Shown here piece by piece: positions 18,113-27,318 of a DNA stretch of 64,000 nucleotides. Numbering within the stretch: position 1 is the stretch's first letter; every line of letters begins with the position of its first letter. The notes under the pieces were generated by a model that ran no database searches, was not told where the DNA came from, and saw nothing but the letters and a program-made list of their open reading frames with translations. The stretch is from a virus (taxonomy: Duplodnaviria > Caudoviricetes), in IMG/VR virus record IMGVR_UViG_2823817231_000001, positions 20,111 through 84,110 of that record; one strand, written 5' to 3'. The position numbers and the translations under genes are program-made.

Positions 18113-18300
18113 ACTGGATCAAGCGCAAGTGGGCCGAGGTTTCGACCAAGGCCGGGACGGTCATCATCGCCGTTGCGGGCTATCTGGCCGAGGTGGCGCC
18201 GCAATATGCCGGGTTTGACCGGCGCATCGCCTATGCCGGGATCGCGGCCGGGGCGGTGCTGGTGGCGATCCGTGAGAAGGTCAAGACCGATGGCCAGTAA
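18109..18300 (+). CDS. Small membrane protein (holin/antiholin-like)
   Basis: Two hydrophobic segments; ATGA-coupled. Confidence 0.6.
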   Translation: MNWIKRKWAEVSTKAGTVIIAVAGYLAEVAPQYAGFDRRIAYAGIAAGAVLVAIREKVKTDGQ

Positions 18301-18400
18301 GCTTCTGACTGAATGCGCATGGCTGGTGCTTTACGTCGGCCTCAATGTCGCGGGTGGTTATGCTATTCGCTGGGTGAAAGGGCGCGTCAATGGCCAGTAA
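18290..18400 (+). CDS. 36-aa single-TM protein
   Basis: MASKLLTECAWLVLYVGLNVAGGYAIRWVKGRVNGQ. Confidence 0.45.
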   Translation: MASKLLTECAWLVLYVGLNVAGGYAIRWVKGRVNGQ

Positions 18401-19034
18401 GCCAGCCACCGCGCGCAAGGGTCCGCGTAAACCGATTATCATCACGGCGGCCATGGCCTCGATCCTGATGGGCGTTTACGCGCATGAGGGCGGCTATGTG
18501 AACAACAAGCTGGATCGCGGCGGGGCAACGCGCTGGGGCGTGACGGAAAAGGTCGCGCGCCAGTGGGGCTATCTGGGCGATATGCGCAGCTTTCCCAAGC
18601 ATTGCAGCGCGGCCGAGCCGGTGTGTGCCGATCAGATCTATGCGGGCAGCTATATGGCCGATCCGGGCGCGCTGGCCATCATCGACCTTTCGCCCGCGAT
18701 CACGGCCGAGCTGGTGGATACCGGCGTCAACATGGGGTCGCAGCGACCATTGCCGTGGTTTCGTGAGGGACTGAACGCGCTGGGCGGCTTTCGCTTGCCG
18801 GTGACTTCGGCGCGGCTTGGCTCGGCCGATGTGCGCGCACTGGCTGGGCTGCGCGCTCGCAAGGGTGGGCTTTGGACCTGTGTGGCCATGCTCGATTACC
18901 TCGATGCGCGGCAGCGCCAGCGGTACGACGCCATCGTGCGGAATAACCCCAGCCAGCAAGTGTTTTACCAGGGCTGGATCAGCCTGAGGATCGGGAATGT
19001 GGACCGGCGTGAATGCCGGAAGGAGGCGATATGA
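18390..19034 (+). CDS. Endolysin, glycoside hydrolase family 108
   Basis: HEGGYVNNKLDRGGATRWGVT, DTGVNMG, NPSQQVFYQGWI. Confidence 0.92.
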   Translation: MASKPATARKGPRKPIIITAAMASILMGVYAHEGGYVNNKLDRGGATRWGVTEKVARQWGYLGDMRSFPKHCSAAEPVCADQIYAGSYMADPGALAIIDLSPAITAELVDTGVNMGSQRPLPWFREGLNALGGFRLPVTSARLGSADVRALAGLRARKGGLWTCVAMLDYLDARQRQRYDAIVRNNPSQQVFYQGWISLRIGNVDRRECRKEAI

Positions 19035-19288
19035 TCAACATTTTGAGGCGGACAGTGGGTATTGACAGGGGTGTGATAGAAGGGATCGACATCAGGGATA
19101 ATGCATTTCCTAATGTATCTGCTGCCGATGATAAATTCGTCGAGGCCCTGCGGCTCATTGCGGAATTGGTCAACGATCTTGACGATCTCTTAGGCGGTGA
19201 GCGCGCGGCCTATCGTATCGCAAGTTCCGCCTCGGCAGTGCGTGATGCGCGGGAATTTCTTGCCGCGCATAATGAGCTTCTGAAGTGA
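19031..19288 (+). CDS. Hypothetical protein within the lysis cassette
   Basis: AGGAGG RBS; coupled at both ends. Confidence 0.55.
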   Translation: MINILRRTVGIDRGVIEGIDIRDNAFPNVSAADDKFVEALRLIAELVNDLDDLLGGERAAYRIASSASAVRDAREFLAAHNELLK

Positions 19289-19836
19289 TGCCCATCACCA
19301 CCATCTGGGCCGCCATCAAGGCATTCGGCATCTGGCAGCGTATCGCCGCCGGGCTGAAATGGCTGTTTGCCAGCCCGGTGCGCCTCTGCCTCATTCTGGC
19401 GATTACTATGGCGGCGGTGGCCTATGCCGAGCATCGCAGCGCGGCGACATGGCGCCAGCGCACTATCAATGTCGTGGCCCAGCTCAGGCGCGAACGCGCC
19501 GCCGCGACTGCCGCCAAGCTGGCCTATGAGGCCAAATCCCGAAAGGATGCCGACCATGCTGACACGAATCACGCCGCGCTTTCCGCTGGCGGCGCTGGCC
19601 GCTTTACCGATTATGCTGCTGGCCACTGGGTGCCACAAAACGCCCCCGCCCATCGCCCCGCCGGTTCCCAAAACCTCGACCCCGCAATTCCTGAAAACCC
19701 CACCACCGACGCCATCATGGCGGAAATCTCCCGCGTCTGGATCACCCGCTCGGACTGGCTGACCTGCGATGCGGATTGGGCCTATGCGCAGGCCGCGCAT
19801 GATTGGGCCAAGGTACGGGATGATAATCAGCCCTAG
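19288..19836 (+). CDS. Rz-like i-spanin
   Basis: N-terminal TM, coiled coil, C-terminal Cys; follows the endolysin. Confidence 0.75.
   Translation: MPITTIWAAIKAFGIWQRIAAGLKWLFASPVRLCLILAITMAAVAYAEHRSAATWRQRTINVVAQLRRERAAATAAKLAYEAKSRKDADHADTNHAALSAGGAGRFTDYAAGHWVPQNAPAHRPAGSQNLDPAIPENPTTDAIMAEISRVWITRSDWLTCDADWAYAQAAHDWAKVRDDNQP
19556..19762 (+). CDS. Embedded Rz1-like o-spanin lipoprotein
   Basis: +1 frame inside Rz; lipobox LATGC then a Pro-rich tail; AAGGA RBS. Confidence 0.7.
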   Translation: MLTRITPRFPLAALAALPIMLLATGCHKTPPPIAPPVPKTSTPQFLKTPPPTPSWRKSPASGSPARTG

Positions 19837-20120
19837 TCGCTGGAAATCCACCGATCAAAATGTTCATTATCCGCAAGATGCCGCATGACACCGTTCAAAA
19901 ACATGAACCTGTTCCAACCATTGCAGCCGGGCGTCAGGCGGCATCGGCACCGGCGATTGACCAGCGAATAATCCCGGCCGACCTTCTCGGCCAGCGTGGT
20001 CATGTCATCGCGGGTAAAGGGGCGGAACACTTTGCAGTCCATGCAAAACACCTGAATGACCGCCTCTTCGTCGATCATTGCGCCCAAGGTCAGAGCCCAT
20101 GTCGGTATGGTTTTAGTCAT
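19833..20120 (-). CDS. Cys-rich small protein, LexA-regulated
   Basis: CMDC...CRCRLTPGC; LexA box in its promoter. Confidence 0.7.
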   Translation of the reverse strand: MTKTIPTWALTLGAMIDEEAVIQVFCMDCKVFRPFTRDDMTTLAEKVGRDYSLVNRRCRCRLTPGCNGWNRFMFLNGVMRHLADNEHFDRWISSD

Positions 20121-20125
20121 GCCCA

Positions 20126-20154
20126 AACGTGAACGAACGTGGAACATATGGCAA
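20126..20154 (-). promoter_or_regulatory. SOS promoter with alphaproteobacterial LexA box (GTTC-N7-GTTC, 20131-20145)
   Basis: Minus strand reads TTGCCA-17-CACGTT-tgggc-ATG, with GTTCcacgttcGTTC covering the spacer and the first base of the -10. Confidence 0.75.
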
Positions 20155-20321
20155 CGATTCTTGTGAGAATGGGGCGCGCAAATTGAATGGTGCCCCGGCA
20201 TCGCAGGGCGCCAAAAACCACTAAAAAGGTTAGACATGTCCCCGCGCGACTCGCAGGGCCGCATAGGCAAGCTTTTTCGGGTTAGGCAAACGAAGCTATT
20301 GTTTGAAAACGCTTGTTGTTT

Positions 20322-20338
20322 TCCTGCCGGGCCCACCA
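20322..20338 (+). repeat. Putative attR of prophage A: tRNA 3'-end fragment TCCTGCCGGGCCCACCA (likely tRNA-Ile2/Met CAU type)
   Basis: T-arm 3' strand, acceptor strand and CCA without the rest of the tRNA, at the prophage end. Confidence 0.7.
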
Positions 20339-20377
20339 TGATAACTGGCGCAAGCTGTATAAATTGCAGTTTTCCCC

Positions 20378-20406
20378 TTGCGCTAAATGCCCAGCAATTC
20401 TAGGGG
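20378..20406 (+). promoter_or_regulatory. sigma70-type tRNA promoter
   Basis: TTGCGC-17bp-TAGGGG, ending 11 bp upstream of the tRNA-Pro start. Confidence 0.65.
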
Positions 20407-20417
20407 CGTGGCGGTGT

Positions 20418-20460
<43 letters not shown>

Positions 20461-20463
20461 GTT

Positions 20464-21645
20464 TCATTTGACCCTCCTAAGGCGCGGTTTTCCGCCATTT
20501 TCTGAAACACTGGTGTCAATCACTTCGGGACTATTCCGGGACTGCTGAGCATTCTCCATGGTTGCGAGCAAATCTGCGTCCGTCACATGGGCATAACGCG
20601 CGGTCGTTTCGATGCGCGTGTGGCCGAGCAGTTTCTGGGCGGCCTTGAGGTTTCCGCTGTCGCGTACAAGGCGCGTGGCGGTCGTGTGGCGCAGATCGTG
20701 GAAGCGGAAATCCTTGATGCCCGAATCTGCCAGCGCCCGCCGCCATTGCCTGTCCCAGCCCTGCGCGCTGTAAGGGTAGCGTTCGCCCTTGAGCCGTCCC
20801 ACGCGGTCACCACGGCGCGGCGAGGCGCGCTTGCAAACATAGGTGAATACGTGAGCCCCTGCGCGCGGGCGGTTGGCCAGAATTTCGAGCATCCGCTGCG
20901 TCAGGGGAAAGGTGTGCCACACGCCGCCCTTGGTATAGACCGAGGCCGTGCCGCGCTTGAAATCCACCTTGGACCAGATCAGCGTCACCAACGCATTCTT
21001 GCGCGCGCCGGACAGCAGGGCGAACTCGACCAGATCGGCCAGGTCGTTGTCGCTCTCGCGCAGCGTCTTGAACAGCGCGGCCTCTTCTTCCTCGCTGGCC
21101 TCGCGCACCCGCTCTTCGCTCTCGCGCAGCTTGTGCTTGGTCCACTCGATTTCGCCCACCCGATAACGGGCTGACAGGAAGCGGATCACTCGCTTGAGCA
21201 ATTCGACTTCGCGGTTGACGGTCGCGCTCGACACCGGAGGCGGGGGCGGCAGAGACTTAGCCCCCTTCCCGCGCGGCTTCTTGGCGCCGCGATTCTTCAC
21301 CCGCTCAGACCGGCGCACCGCAACAAACCGGCTAAGGGTCAGGTCGTCGATTTCATGGATCGGCATCCGGCCGCCGATGAGTCGGATCAGGTTGCCAAGC
21401 TGGTATTCGGTGGTCTTGGCCGCCTTGTCGAACTGCCCCTTGTCGCCCCAATAGAGGCCCGCGCCCTCGTCCAGAGTGATCGACGGCTTCTCGCGCTTGC
21501 CTGAGGCAATCTCGGTGCGCAGGTCGCGCTCGAAGCGTTCCGCGTCACGCTTGGCCGCGCAATGGGTTGAGCCATGATAGCGAACGCCCTTCATCTGGAA
21601 GTCGTAATGGTAATAGGGGCTGTTCTTTGGCCGATAGAGCGACAT
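20464..21645 (-). CDS. int: Tyrosine recombinase/phage integrase
   Basis: SGARK, RFHDLRHT, LLGH, TARYAH catalytic motifs. Confidence 0.97.
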   Translation of the reverse strand: MSLYRPKNSPYYHYDFQMKGVRYHGSTHCAAKRDAERFERDLRTEIASGKREKPSITLDEGAGLYWGDKGQFDKAAKTTEYQLGNLIRLIGGRMPIHEIDDLTLSRFVAVRRSERVKNRGAKKPRGKGAKSLPPPPPVSSATVNREVELLKRVIRFLSARYRVGEIEWTKHKLRESEERVREASEEEEAALFKTLRESDNDLADLVEFALLSGARKNALVTLIWSKVDFKRGTASVYTKGGVWHTFPLTQRMLEILANRPRAGAHVFTYVCKRASPRRGDRVGRLKGERYPYSAQGWDRQWRRALADSGIKDFRFHDLRHTTATRLVRDSGNLKAAQKLLGHTRIETTARYAHVTDADLLATMENAQQSRNSPEVIDTSVSENGGKPRLRRVK

Positions 21646-21648
21646 GGA

Positions 21649-21927
21649 TCAGACCTTCTTGCGCTGGGTGAACGGGACAACCTTCCCGCTGGGCGTTGCG
21701 CTGATGGAGCGGCGGCGCGTCTTGCCTTGCGGCTTCACTTCGACAGGCGGCGTCTCGACGCGAACGCGGGCCTCAACATACTCCGCAAGATCGTCCTCAC
21801 GATAGGCGATCTTGCGGGCGGTAATGGCCACATAGCGGATGCGACCGTGCTGGCGCAGATCGCGCAATGACCTGGGCGACATGCGCAGGCGGCTTGCTGC
21901 TTCTTCCTCGGTAAGCAAAATGTTCAA
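21649..21927 (-). CDS. Excisionase-like HTH protein
   Basis: LLTEEEAASRLRMSPRSLRDLR...YREDDL; adjacent to int. Confidence 0.85.
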   Translation of the reverse strand: MNILLTEEEAASRLRMSPRSLRDLRQHGRIRYVAITARKIAYREDDLAEYVEARVRVETPPVEVKPQGKTRRRSISATPSGKVVPFTQRKKV

Positions 21928-22250
21928 GCCGCCCTCCCCATTTGCAAAACCTCGATCTCTGCGCGCAGGCGCTTGATGATCCGCCGCTCATGCCCGTCAC
22001 GCGTCAGGATCGGTTCTTCGCCCAGCGCCAGCGCGCGGCGCTCGATGTTCTTCATTCCCATCCGGCAAACCGTGAGGCTCTTTTCATGGCCCCGAAATCG
22101 GGTGTCGCTGTGGGTTCCGGCAATCTTGGCCGCCTCAACCTCGCTCACAAGGCGGTCGAACTCGGCATAGAAAAGCCCATGCCATTCGCGCAGGAGAGCG
22201 ATGCTGTTGCAGGCTGCGATGGCGGTGGGGGTGATGCTGTAGGGTGTCAT
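21924..22250 (-). CDS. Hypothetical early protein
   Basis: Coupled to xis; ends MGRAA. Confidence 0.55.
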   Translation of the reverse strand: MTPYSITPTAIAACNSIALLREWHGLFYAEFDRLVSEVEAAKIAGTHSDTRFRGHEKSLTVCRMGMKNIERRALALGEEPILTRDGHERRIIKRLRAEIEVLQMGRAA

Positions 22251-22328
22251 AATCTCAACCGGGCGGCTTGTTGGGCGCGCCCGGCTCCCTTGGGGTGATG
22301 GGTTAGGCAAGCGGCGTCTTGAACTCGC

Positions 22329-23264
22329 TCACTTGAGCAAAGCCGCCCGCTTGGCGGCGACAGCATCCGTCAGACCGCCCCAAACATCATTGGGCAGCGC
22401 TTCCTTGTTGCGGTCCATATCGGCTTCAACCGCGCGCAGATCGGCGGGCTTCGCGGCGGCCTCGATGCGCTCGAAAGTGGTTTCCAGCCAACCGGCATAA
22501 GCGGGCGCTTCGTCGGCGTCGTCATGCTGGTCGCCTTGCGGTTCGTCGGTTCGACTATCAGCAGCGGCCGGACTATCCTCGCCCAGCGCCCCGTCATTGG
22601 CTGGCTGCGCTTCGATAGTCTCCCCCTTGGCCTGCTCGATCAGCATGGCGCCGGTCAGGGGAGATTGGACTTCCACCGATGCCGCCCCAGCCATGGACTG
22701 ATAATCGCGCGCCTCTTCCGCAATATGGAGCCCTTTCAGAACATCGGAAAAGCCATCGCGCATTGCCCATGCGCGGGCGCGCATCTGGCGCATCCGCTGG
22801 GGGTATTGCGACCACGGCCCAGACTTGCCGGACAGGCCAGCTTTCTTGGCATCCTCCTGGCTGAAAGTTCGCACAATCGGCGTGGTCCGACCTTTGCGGA
22901 CAAGGCGGCAGGTTGCCACATTACCATCGTCAAACTCTTCCATATCCTCCAGCAGGCCGGATGCCTGAACCAGCGCCAGCGCACCATCACCCCAGAGCGA
23001 TGGGTTATTGCCAATCACGGCAATGGATTGAAGGGCGGCAAATGGCGTCAGGCCGACTTCGGCACCGGCCATGATGCCGACCATGATCTTGTTCTGGTCA
23101 TTGCCATAGGCTTTGGGCGTCATACCCGAAGCAGCCAGCGCGCCCGACAGGCGCCACGCTTCTTCCATGGTCTGGGGCACGAAGGCTGCGAGTTTACCGC
23201 CGCTGGAGACAGCCACCTTTGCCGGGGCCTTGGGTTGTTCGGTGGTGACAAGCTGGGTGGCCAT
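22329..23264 (-). CDS. RecT/Redbeta-like ssDNA annealing protein
   Basis: GAEVGLTPFAALQSIAVIGNNPSLWGD...WSQYPQRMRQMRAR. Confidence 0.88.
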   Translation of the reverse strand: MATQLVTTEQPKAPAKVAVSSGGKLAAFVPQTMEEAWRLSGALAASGMTPKAYGNDQNKIMVGIMAGAEVGLTPFAALQSIAVIGNNPSLWGDGALALVQASGLLEDMEEFDDGNVATCRLVRKGRTTPIVRTFSQEDAKKAGLSGKSGPWSQYPQRMRQMRARAWAMRDGFSDVLKGLHIAEEARDYQSMAGAASVEVQSPLTGAMLIEQAKGETIEAQPANDGALGEDSPAAADSRTDEPQGDQHDDADEAPAYAGWLETTFERIEAAAKPADLRAVEADMDRNKEALPNDVWGGLTDAVAAKRAALLK

Positions 23265-23275
23265 TGGGGTTTCCT

Positions 23276-24205
23276 TCAAGCTGCGGCCGCAAAGGCCATT
23301 TCTTCGGGGTTCAGATCGTCGATGCGCATCCGCGCCCAGATCGGCAGGCCGACTTGCTTGGGATCGTCGGCATAACCGGGCCATTTCCCGGTTTGCAGGC
23401 AGCGGTCGAACAGGTTGATGGCGCGGCGGTTCAGCACACGCCCGCGCTCGATATCCTCGCCGGGAAGCTCGTAGAGAGCGACACAGTGCGGCGCGTCACG
23501 CTCGACTACCACATGCACCCAATGGGTCGGATAGTGGCCGTAAACCGCCTTGATGCCGTCCATGTAGAACGCTGCGCTCTGGTGATAGCCGAAGTTATCA
23601 ATGGCGCGCTCAAAGCCCTTGGGGCTGGCGTTGCTCTCAGCCACGAATTTCAGGTCGGAGACGACCATCACCGCCCGCTTGGTCAAGATACTGTGGGGGC
23701 GGAAATCGGGCCGCGCGCGAAGCCACACGCCGGTCTGCGGATCTTGCCAAGCCAGCGTTTCCTCGGTCACGCCGTTGGTCAGCGTGGCCACGGCCAGATC
23801 ATTCTTGCGGATCGCGGCGGCAACCTGCTTGACCGTTTCGGCCTGGTCGAAAGACAGCACCACCATGCCGCTTTCCTGCGCGGCATCGGCTTCGGCAATT
23901 TCCAAGGCAAACTTCTTGCTGGCGGCGCGCGTGAAGCCCTCTGGGGTCACATGGTAAAACTCGTTCCAGCGCTCCGGCAGCAGGATCATATCATGCGCGG
24001 CCTTGCCGAAATTGAAGTGCGCCTTCTGCACCTCGACGCGCGCCGGGTTCATCGGGCTTGCGTGCCAGAAGTGAAACGGCGACTTGGTGAGCAGCATCTT
24101 CGCGCCGCTCGATGAAAGCGAGGGGCCGGGCAGAAGATCGGGGTTGCCGTGGTAATCCTCGGCGGGAATGTCGGGATAAGCGCCGGGGGCGGTGATGAGA
24201 GGCAT
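23276..24205 (-). CDS. RecE/exonuclease VIII-like PD-(D/E)XK nuclease
   Basis: LSSSGAK, FGKAAH, RARPDF, SDLKF, GYHQSAAFY. Confidence 0.9.
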   Translation of the reverse strand: MPLITAPGAYPDIPAEDYHGNPDLLPGPSLSSSGAKMLLTKSPFHFWHASPMNPARVEVQKAHFNFGKAAHDMILLPERWNEFYHVTPEGFTRAASKKFALEIAEADAAQESGMVVLSFDQAETVKQVAAAIRKNDLAVATLTNGVTEETLAWQDPQTGVWLRARPDFRPHSILTKRAVMVVSDLKFVAESNASPKGFERAIDNFGYHQSAAFYMDGIKAVYGHYPTHWVHVVVERDAPHCVALYELPGEDIERGRVLNRRAINLFDRCLQTGKWPGYADDPKQVGLPIWARMRIDDLNPEEMAFAAAA

Positions 24206-24286
24206 AGCTCTATCCTCGAAAGGGTTTGCCGGTGGCCTGTGGATGGCAGAGCCACCGGCGTTCGGGCTTGGATCAGGTGCCCGAAA

Positions 24287-25349
24287 TCAGTTGGGGGTGA
24301 CGAGCCAGAGCCCGGCAATCGTGCCAAACAGCACGCCGACAATGAGCAGACCGGCGACCATTTCGGCGGGCGTCTGGCTCATGAACAGCGCATAGGCGGC
24401 GCGCAGGTCGTCACGCATCGATGTGGTCGTGCCTTTGGCGGGCAAGGAAGGCCTCGCCGGGCAGGTAGTCGATGCCGAAAATGCGCAGGCGCCTGGACAC
24501 CTGGCGCAAATGGTCGGTCGCCTCGGAAAGCTGGCGCTGCATTGCGGCGATCTTATTGCCGGCCATCATGGCGGCCATGAAAAAGCCAAAGGTTGCCCCG
24601 CCAGCGATCAGCCCAAAGGTGGTGAGGATGCTCATGCAGCCCACTCCCGTTCAAGCTGGGCGCGGCGGGCGGCGGGCATGGCGGCAAGGTGCGCCTGCGC
24701 ATCGACCATAGCGGCATCCAGTTCGGCCTCATAGGCGTCGATCAGGCCCAGCAGCGCGGGCTTGGTCAAAGCCCAAAGTTGCTCCTCATAATCGCCGTTG
24801 AAAGCGGACCAGCCCACCAGACCGGCGCCGTCCAGCGCCCAGCCGCGATAGGTCGGCGCGTTATAGGCGCTGCCCTCGATGTGAGGCAGCGTGAAAGCAT
24901 GGTGCTTGCCCATCATGCCACCTCCAGATTGACGAAGCGGTTGCGGTGAAAGGCGACCTTCCAGCGGCGCAGGATCAGCGGGATTTCCATCGCATCGACG
25001 GCGGCGGCGATCTCCTGGGTGAACTCGCGGAACTCGTCGTTGCTCAGCCAATCGGCCAGCGAGGCCGCGCGGATGACGGCGATCTGGCTTTCCATCACGC
25101 GGCCTCCGCTTCGATGCAGTTGGCATGGTCGATCAGGTCAAAGCAGCCCTCGGCGCTGTCCTCAAAGCCCTGCAAAAGGCCCCTCGCCTCGTCGGCAAAG
25201 GCGGTGTCGTTCAAGCCGTCTGCGAGGCGAACGAGGTTTTCAAGGTTTTGGCGGGCAGCGCGCAGGTAGTGATCGAACACCAGGCCGGTTGCGATCAGCG
25301 GAACCTGTGCGGGAAAATGGGTGTGGGCGTTCATAGGTGAAACCTCCAT
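24287..25349 (-). CDS. Cluster of small coupled early-left genes (~24287-24418, 24411-24635, 24632-24916, 24913-25095, 25095-25334)
   Basis: Overlapping stop/start junctions; several end in AA. Confidence 0.6.
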
Positions 25350-25397
25350 CGAGGCGGCGAGGTCTGCGCTGGTGGCTCACTCGCTGCTGATGGAAAA

Positions 25398-25440
25398 ATG
25401 CTACGTTTTTCGTAGTTTCAAGTCAATACGTTTTTCGTAG
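25398..25440 (-). promoter_or_regulatory. PL-like promoter with two operators
   Basis: Minus strand TTGACT-17-TAGCAT; operators CTACGTTTTTCGTAG (25401-25415) and ATACGTTTTTCGTAG (25426-25440). Confidence 0.85.
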
Positions 25441-25682
25441 CGCCATGAAGAAAATTCCTGCTACACCCGCCATACGAAAAGGGCCCCGCGCGGGGGCCTT
25501 GGAGAAACGGTGATGCGGAAGATCATGGAGCCGATCTGGGCGTGGCTGCTGCGGGCGGCCCCGACCTATGCGCTGCAATATGCGCTCAATGGGCGCGCAG
25601 GCGTGAACGCGCGGCTTTTGCTGCCGGGGGAGGCACTGGACCTGCGGGTAGAGGGCGTGTGCTGGGTGACGGTGAATGAGGA

Positions 25683-25877
25683 TTAGCAGTGGTATCGGTC
25701 AGCTATGAACGCGTTGAAGTATCGCCCCGGCGATCCAGCGGCTAGGAGGCCTTGCCAAATTTCTAGCGGCACCCCGCAATAATCATAGCTATGACCCTGA
25801 GGAAACCAGATCGTGAGCCGACCTGTTGCCTCATCGTACTCGGCGCGCTTGATGGCTGATGAATTGAAGTACGGCAT
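25683..25877 (-). CDS. KTSC-domain protein
   Basis: SSAIKRAEYDEATGRLTIWF...YDYCGVP...SPGRYFN. Confidence 0.9.
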   Translation of the reverse strand: MPYFNSSAIKRAEYDEATGRLTIWFPQGHSYDYCGVPLEIWQGLLAAGSPGRYFNAFIADRYHC

Positions 25878-25928
25878 TTACCCCCCGGCATCCGATCGAT
25901 TCCCCAATAGCATAGCATACTTACGGAC

Positions 25929-25958
25929 AAAAACCCCGCCGAGCAGGGCTGGGCGGGG
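25929..25958 (-). terminator. Terminator after the toxin-antitoxin triad
   Basis: Minus strand CCCCGCC...GGCGGGG-TTTTT. Confidence 0.65.
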
Positions 25959-25978
25959 CACAGATCATTGGATTCAAA

Positions 25979-26401
25979 TTAGTCCACAACCGGAACATTT
26001 GAACTAACAAATGATATTTCTCTCGTAAACGTATCACCAAGAACAGTCACAGTAGCAACAATTGACAGACCCGCATGAACCTTTATTGATCCAAATTCAG
26101 CCAAAATATTTCCGTTCTGGATAATACCTCTTTCGCCAGGGTCCATAGGTATAGTCAAAAGTGGAGGAAGCGCGGGCAAATCTGAAACAGACTTATTCGA
26201 TTTTGCGGTAATTTCGATAGTCGCCTCAACCGGCTCATCCGATATGTAGCGAATTATGGCGCCAACTGTGAACGACTTTACGTAACCGGAATCCCCTTCG
26301 ATGATAGCTTGGGTTCCGTGCAACCCCATTAAGCTCAAACGCCCCCCCAGCTCATGGCGAACGTCATCACAGAAAAAGATAAATACTTCAGGCTTTTCCA
26401 T
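25979..26401 (-). CDS. Beta-rich protein, third gene of a TA-like operon (DUF6941-like)
   Basis: FFCDDVRHELGGRLSLMG; overlaps the antitoxin stop; low GC. Confidence 0.7.
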   Translation of the reverse strand: MEKPEVFIFFCDDVRHELGGRLSLMGLHGTQAIIEGDSGYVKSFTVGAIIRYISDEPVEATIEITAKSNKSVSDLPALPPLLTIPMDPGERGIIQNGNILAEFGSIKVHAGLSIVATVTVLGDTFTREISFVSSNVPVVD

Positions 26402-26849
26402 TTTCGATTGCCCTGAACAGTTCATTTGGCTCGACAGACAAAGACGAAGACAGCAATTTGAGCTTCTCATAGCTCAACTCGCGAGTGCCCCGCTCATACT
26501 CTGAAACAGCAGCTTGTGATGTTCCCAAAAGAACCCCGAGCTGCGTCTGCGACAGGCCGCTGCGTATACGGAGTGAACGAAGGGTTTCTCCACCGGCGGA
26601 CCGAGCAAACGCTTCAGCCAACTCCAAGCTGACATCTTCAAGATGCTCAGCCACGTCTGGGAGGCTCAGGACCTCATCTAGAAACGAATCCAGATCCTGC
26701 CGACTATCAAGCGATGCAACACCGTTCCACTTCAGAACATACATGACTCGATTGTCGGGAGATCTGACATAATCCCCGCCCCGAGCCTGACCAGCCCTAA
26801 CCGTAACCGGATAGCCGCTTGAATCAGCGATGCGTGAAAATGTGTTCAT
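26388..26849 (-). CDS. XRE-HTH antitoxin-like protein
   Basis: LRSLRIRSGLSQTQLGVLLGTSQAAVSEYERG. Confidence 0.85.
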   Translation of the reverse strand: MNTFSRIADSSGYPVTVRAGQARGGDYVRSPDNRVMYVLKWNGVASLDSRQDLDSFLDEVLSLPDVAEHLEDVSLELAEAFARSAGGETLRSLRIRSGLSQTQLGVLLGTSQAAVSEYERGTRELSYEKLKLLSSSLSVEPNELFRAIENGKA

Positions 26850-27231
26850 TGAATTCTCTTTCAATTCTCGCCCAAAGGACGGGGTCATTCTCATAATCTG
26901 CAGAACGCGGCATAATCGAAAAAAGACCAATGCGAGCGGTCCTTTGATCATGCACCCAAATCAAGCGCCATTGAGAGTGATGGACAAGCTTTACGCGATA
27001 AGCATCTATCCGCTTGCTCTGCAAACTTACCAGAGCCATGACATCTTTAACAACGCCATCGGAATAATCCTCATCGATCATACATTCCAAAAATGCAGCA
27101 TCGTCCTTTAGCTCGCGTATCATCAAAGCCAGAGTCGCAGCTGCTCTCGCATCCGCCTCTCGACATGCGTGAAAGTCGGCAATCGCCCCTTGGGTAATCA
27201 GGAACTGATAGTCGACCGCCACTCGCACCAC
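26824..27231 (-). CDS. RelE/ParE-like toxin (start approximate)
   Basis: YQFLITQGAIADF...AYRVKL...WRLIWVH...GLFSIMPR pattern; overlaps the HTH gene. Confidence 0.65.
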   Translation of the reverse strand: MVRVAVDYQFLITQGAIADFHACREADARAAATLALMIRELKDDAAFLECMIDEDYSDGVVKDVMALVSLQSKRIDAYRVKLVHHSQWRLIWVHDQRTARIGLFSIMPRSADYENDPVLWARIEREFNEHIFTHR

Positions 27232-27318
27232 CCTTATACCAGACTCGATATACACCAACTTAACGGATGGGCAATGGAAATTGCCGATTTGTCTCGTTTG
27301 AACCGCAATGACCAATCT

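Larger units (their letters stand above)
1..20338 (+). mobile_element. Prophage A (HK97-like siphovirus, right portion)
   Basis: Contiguous capsid-neck-tail-tape measure-tail tip-tailspike-lysis gene order, ending at a tRNA 3'-end fragment. Confidence 0.93.
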
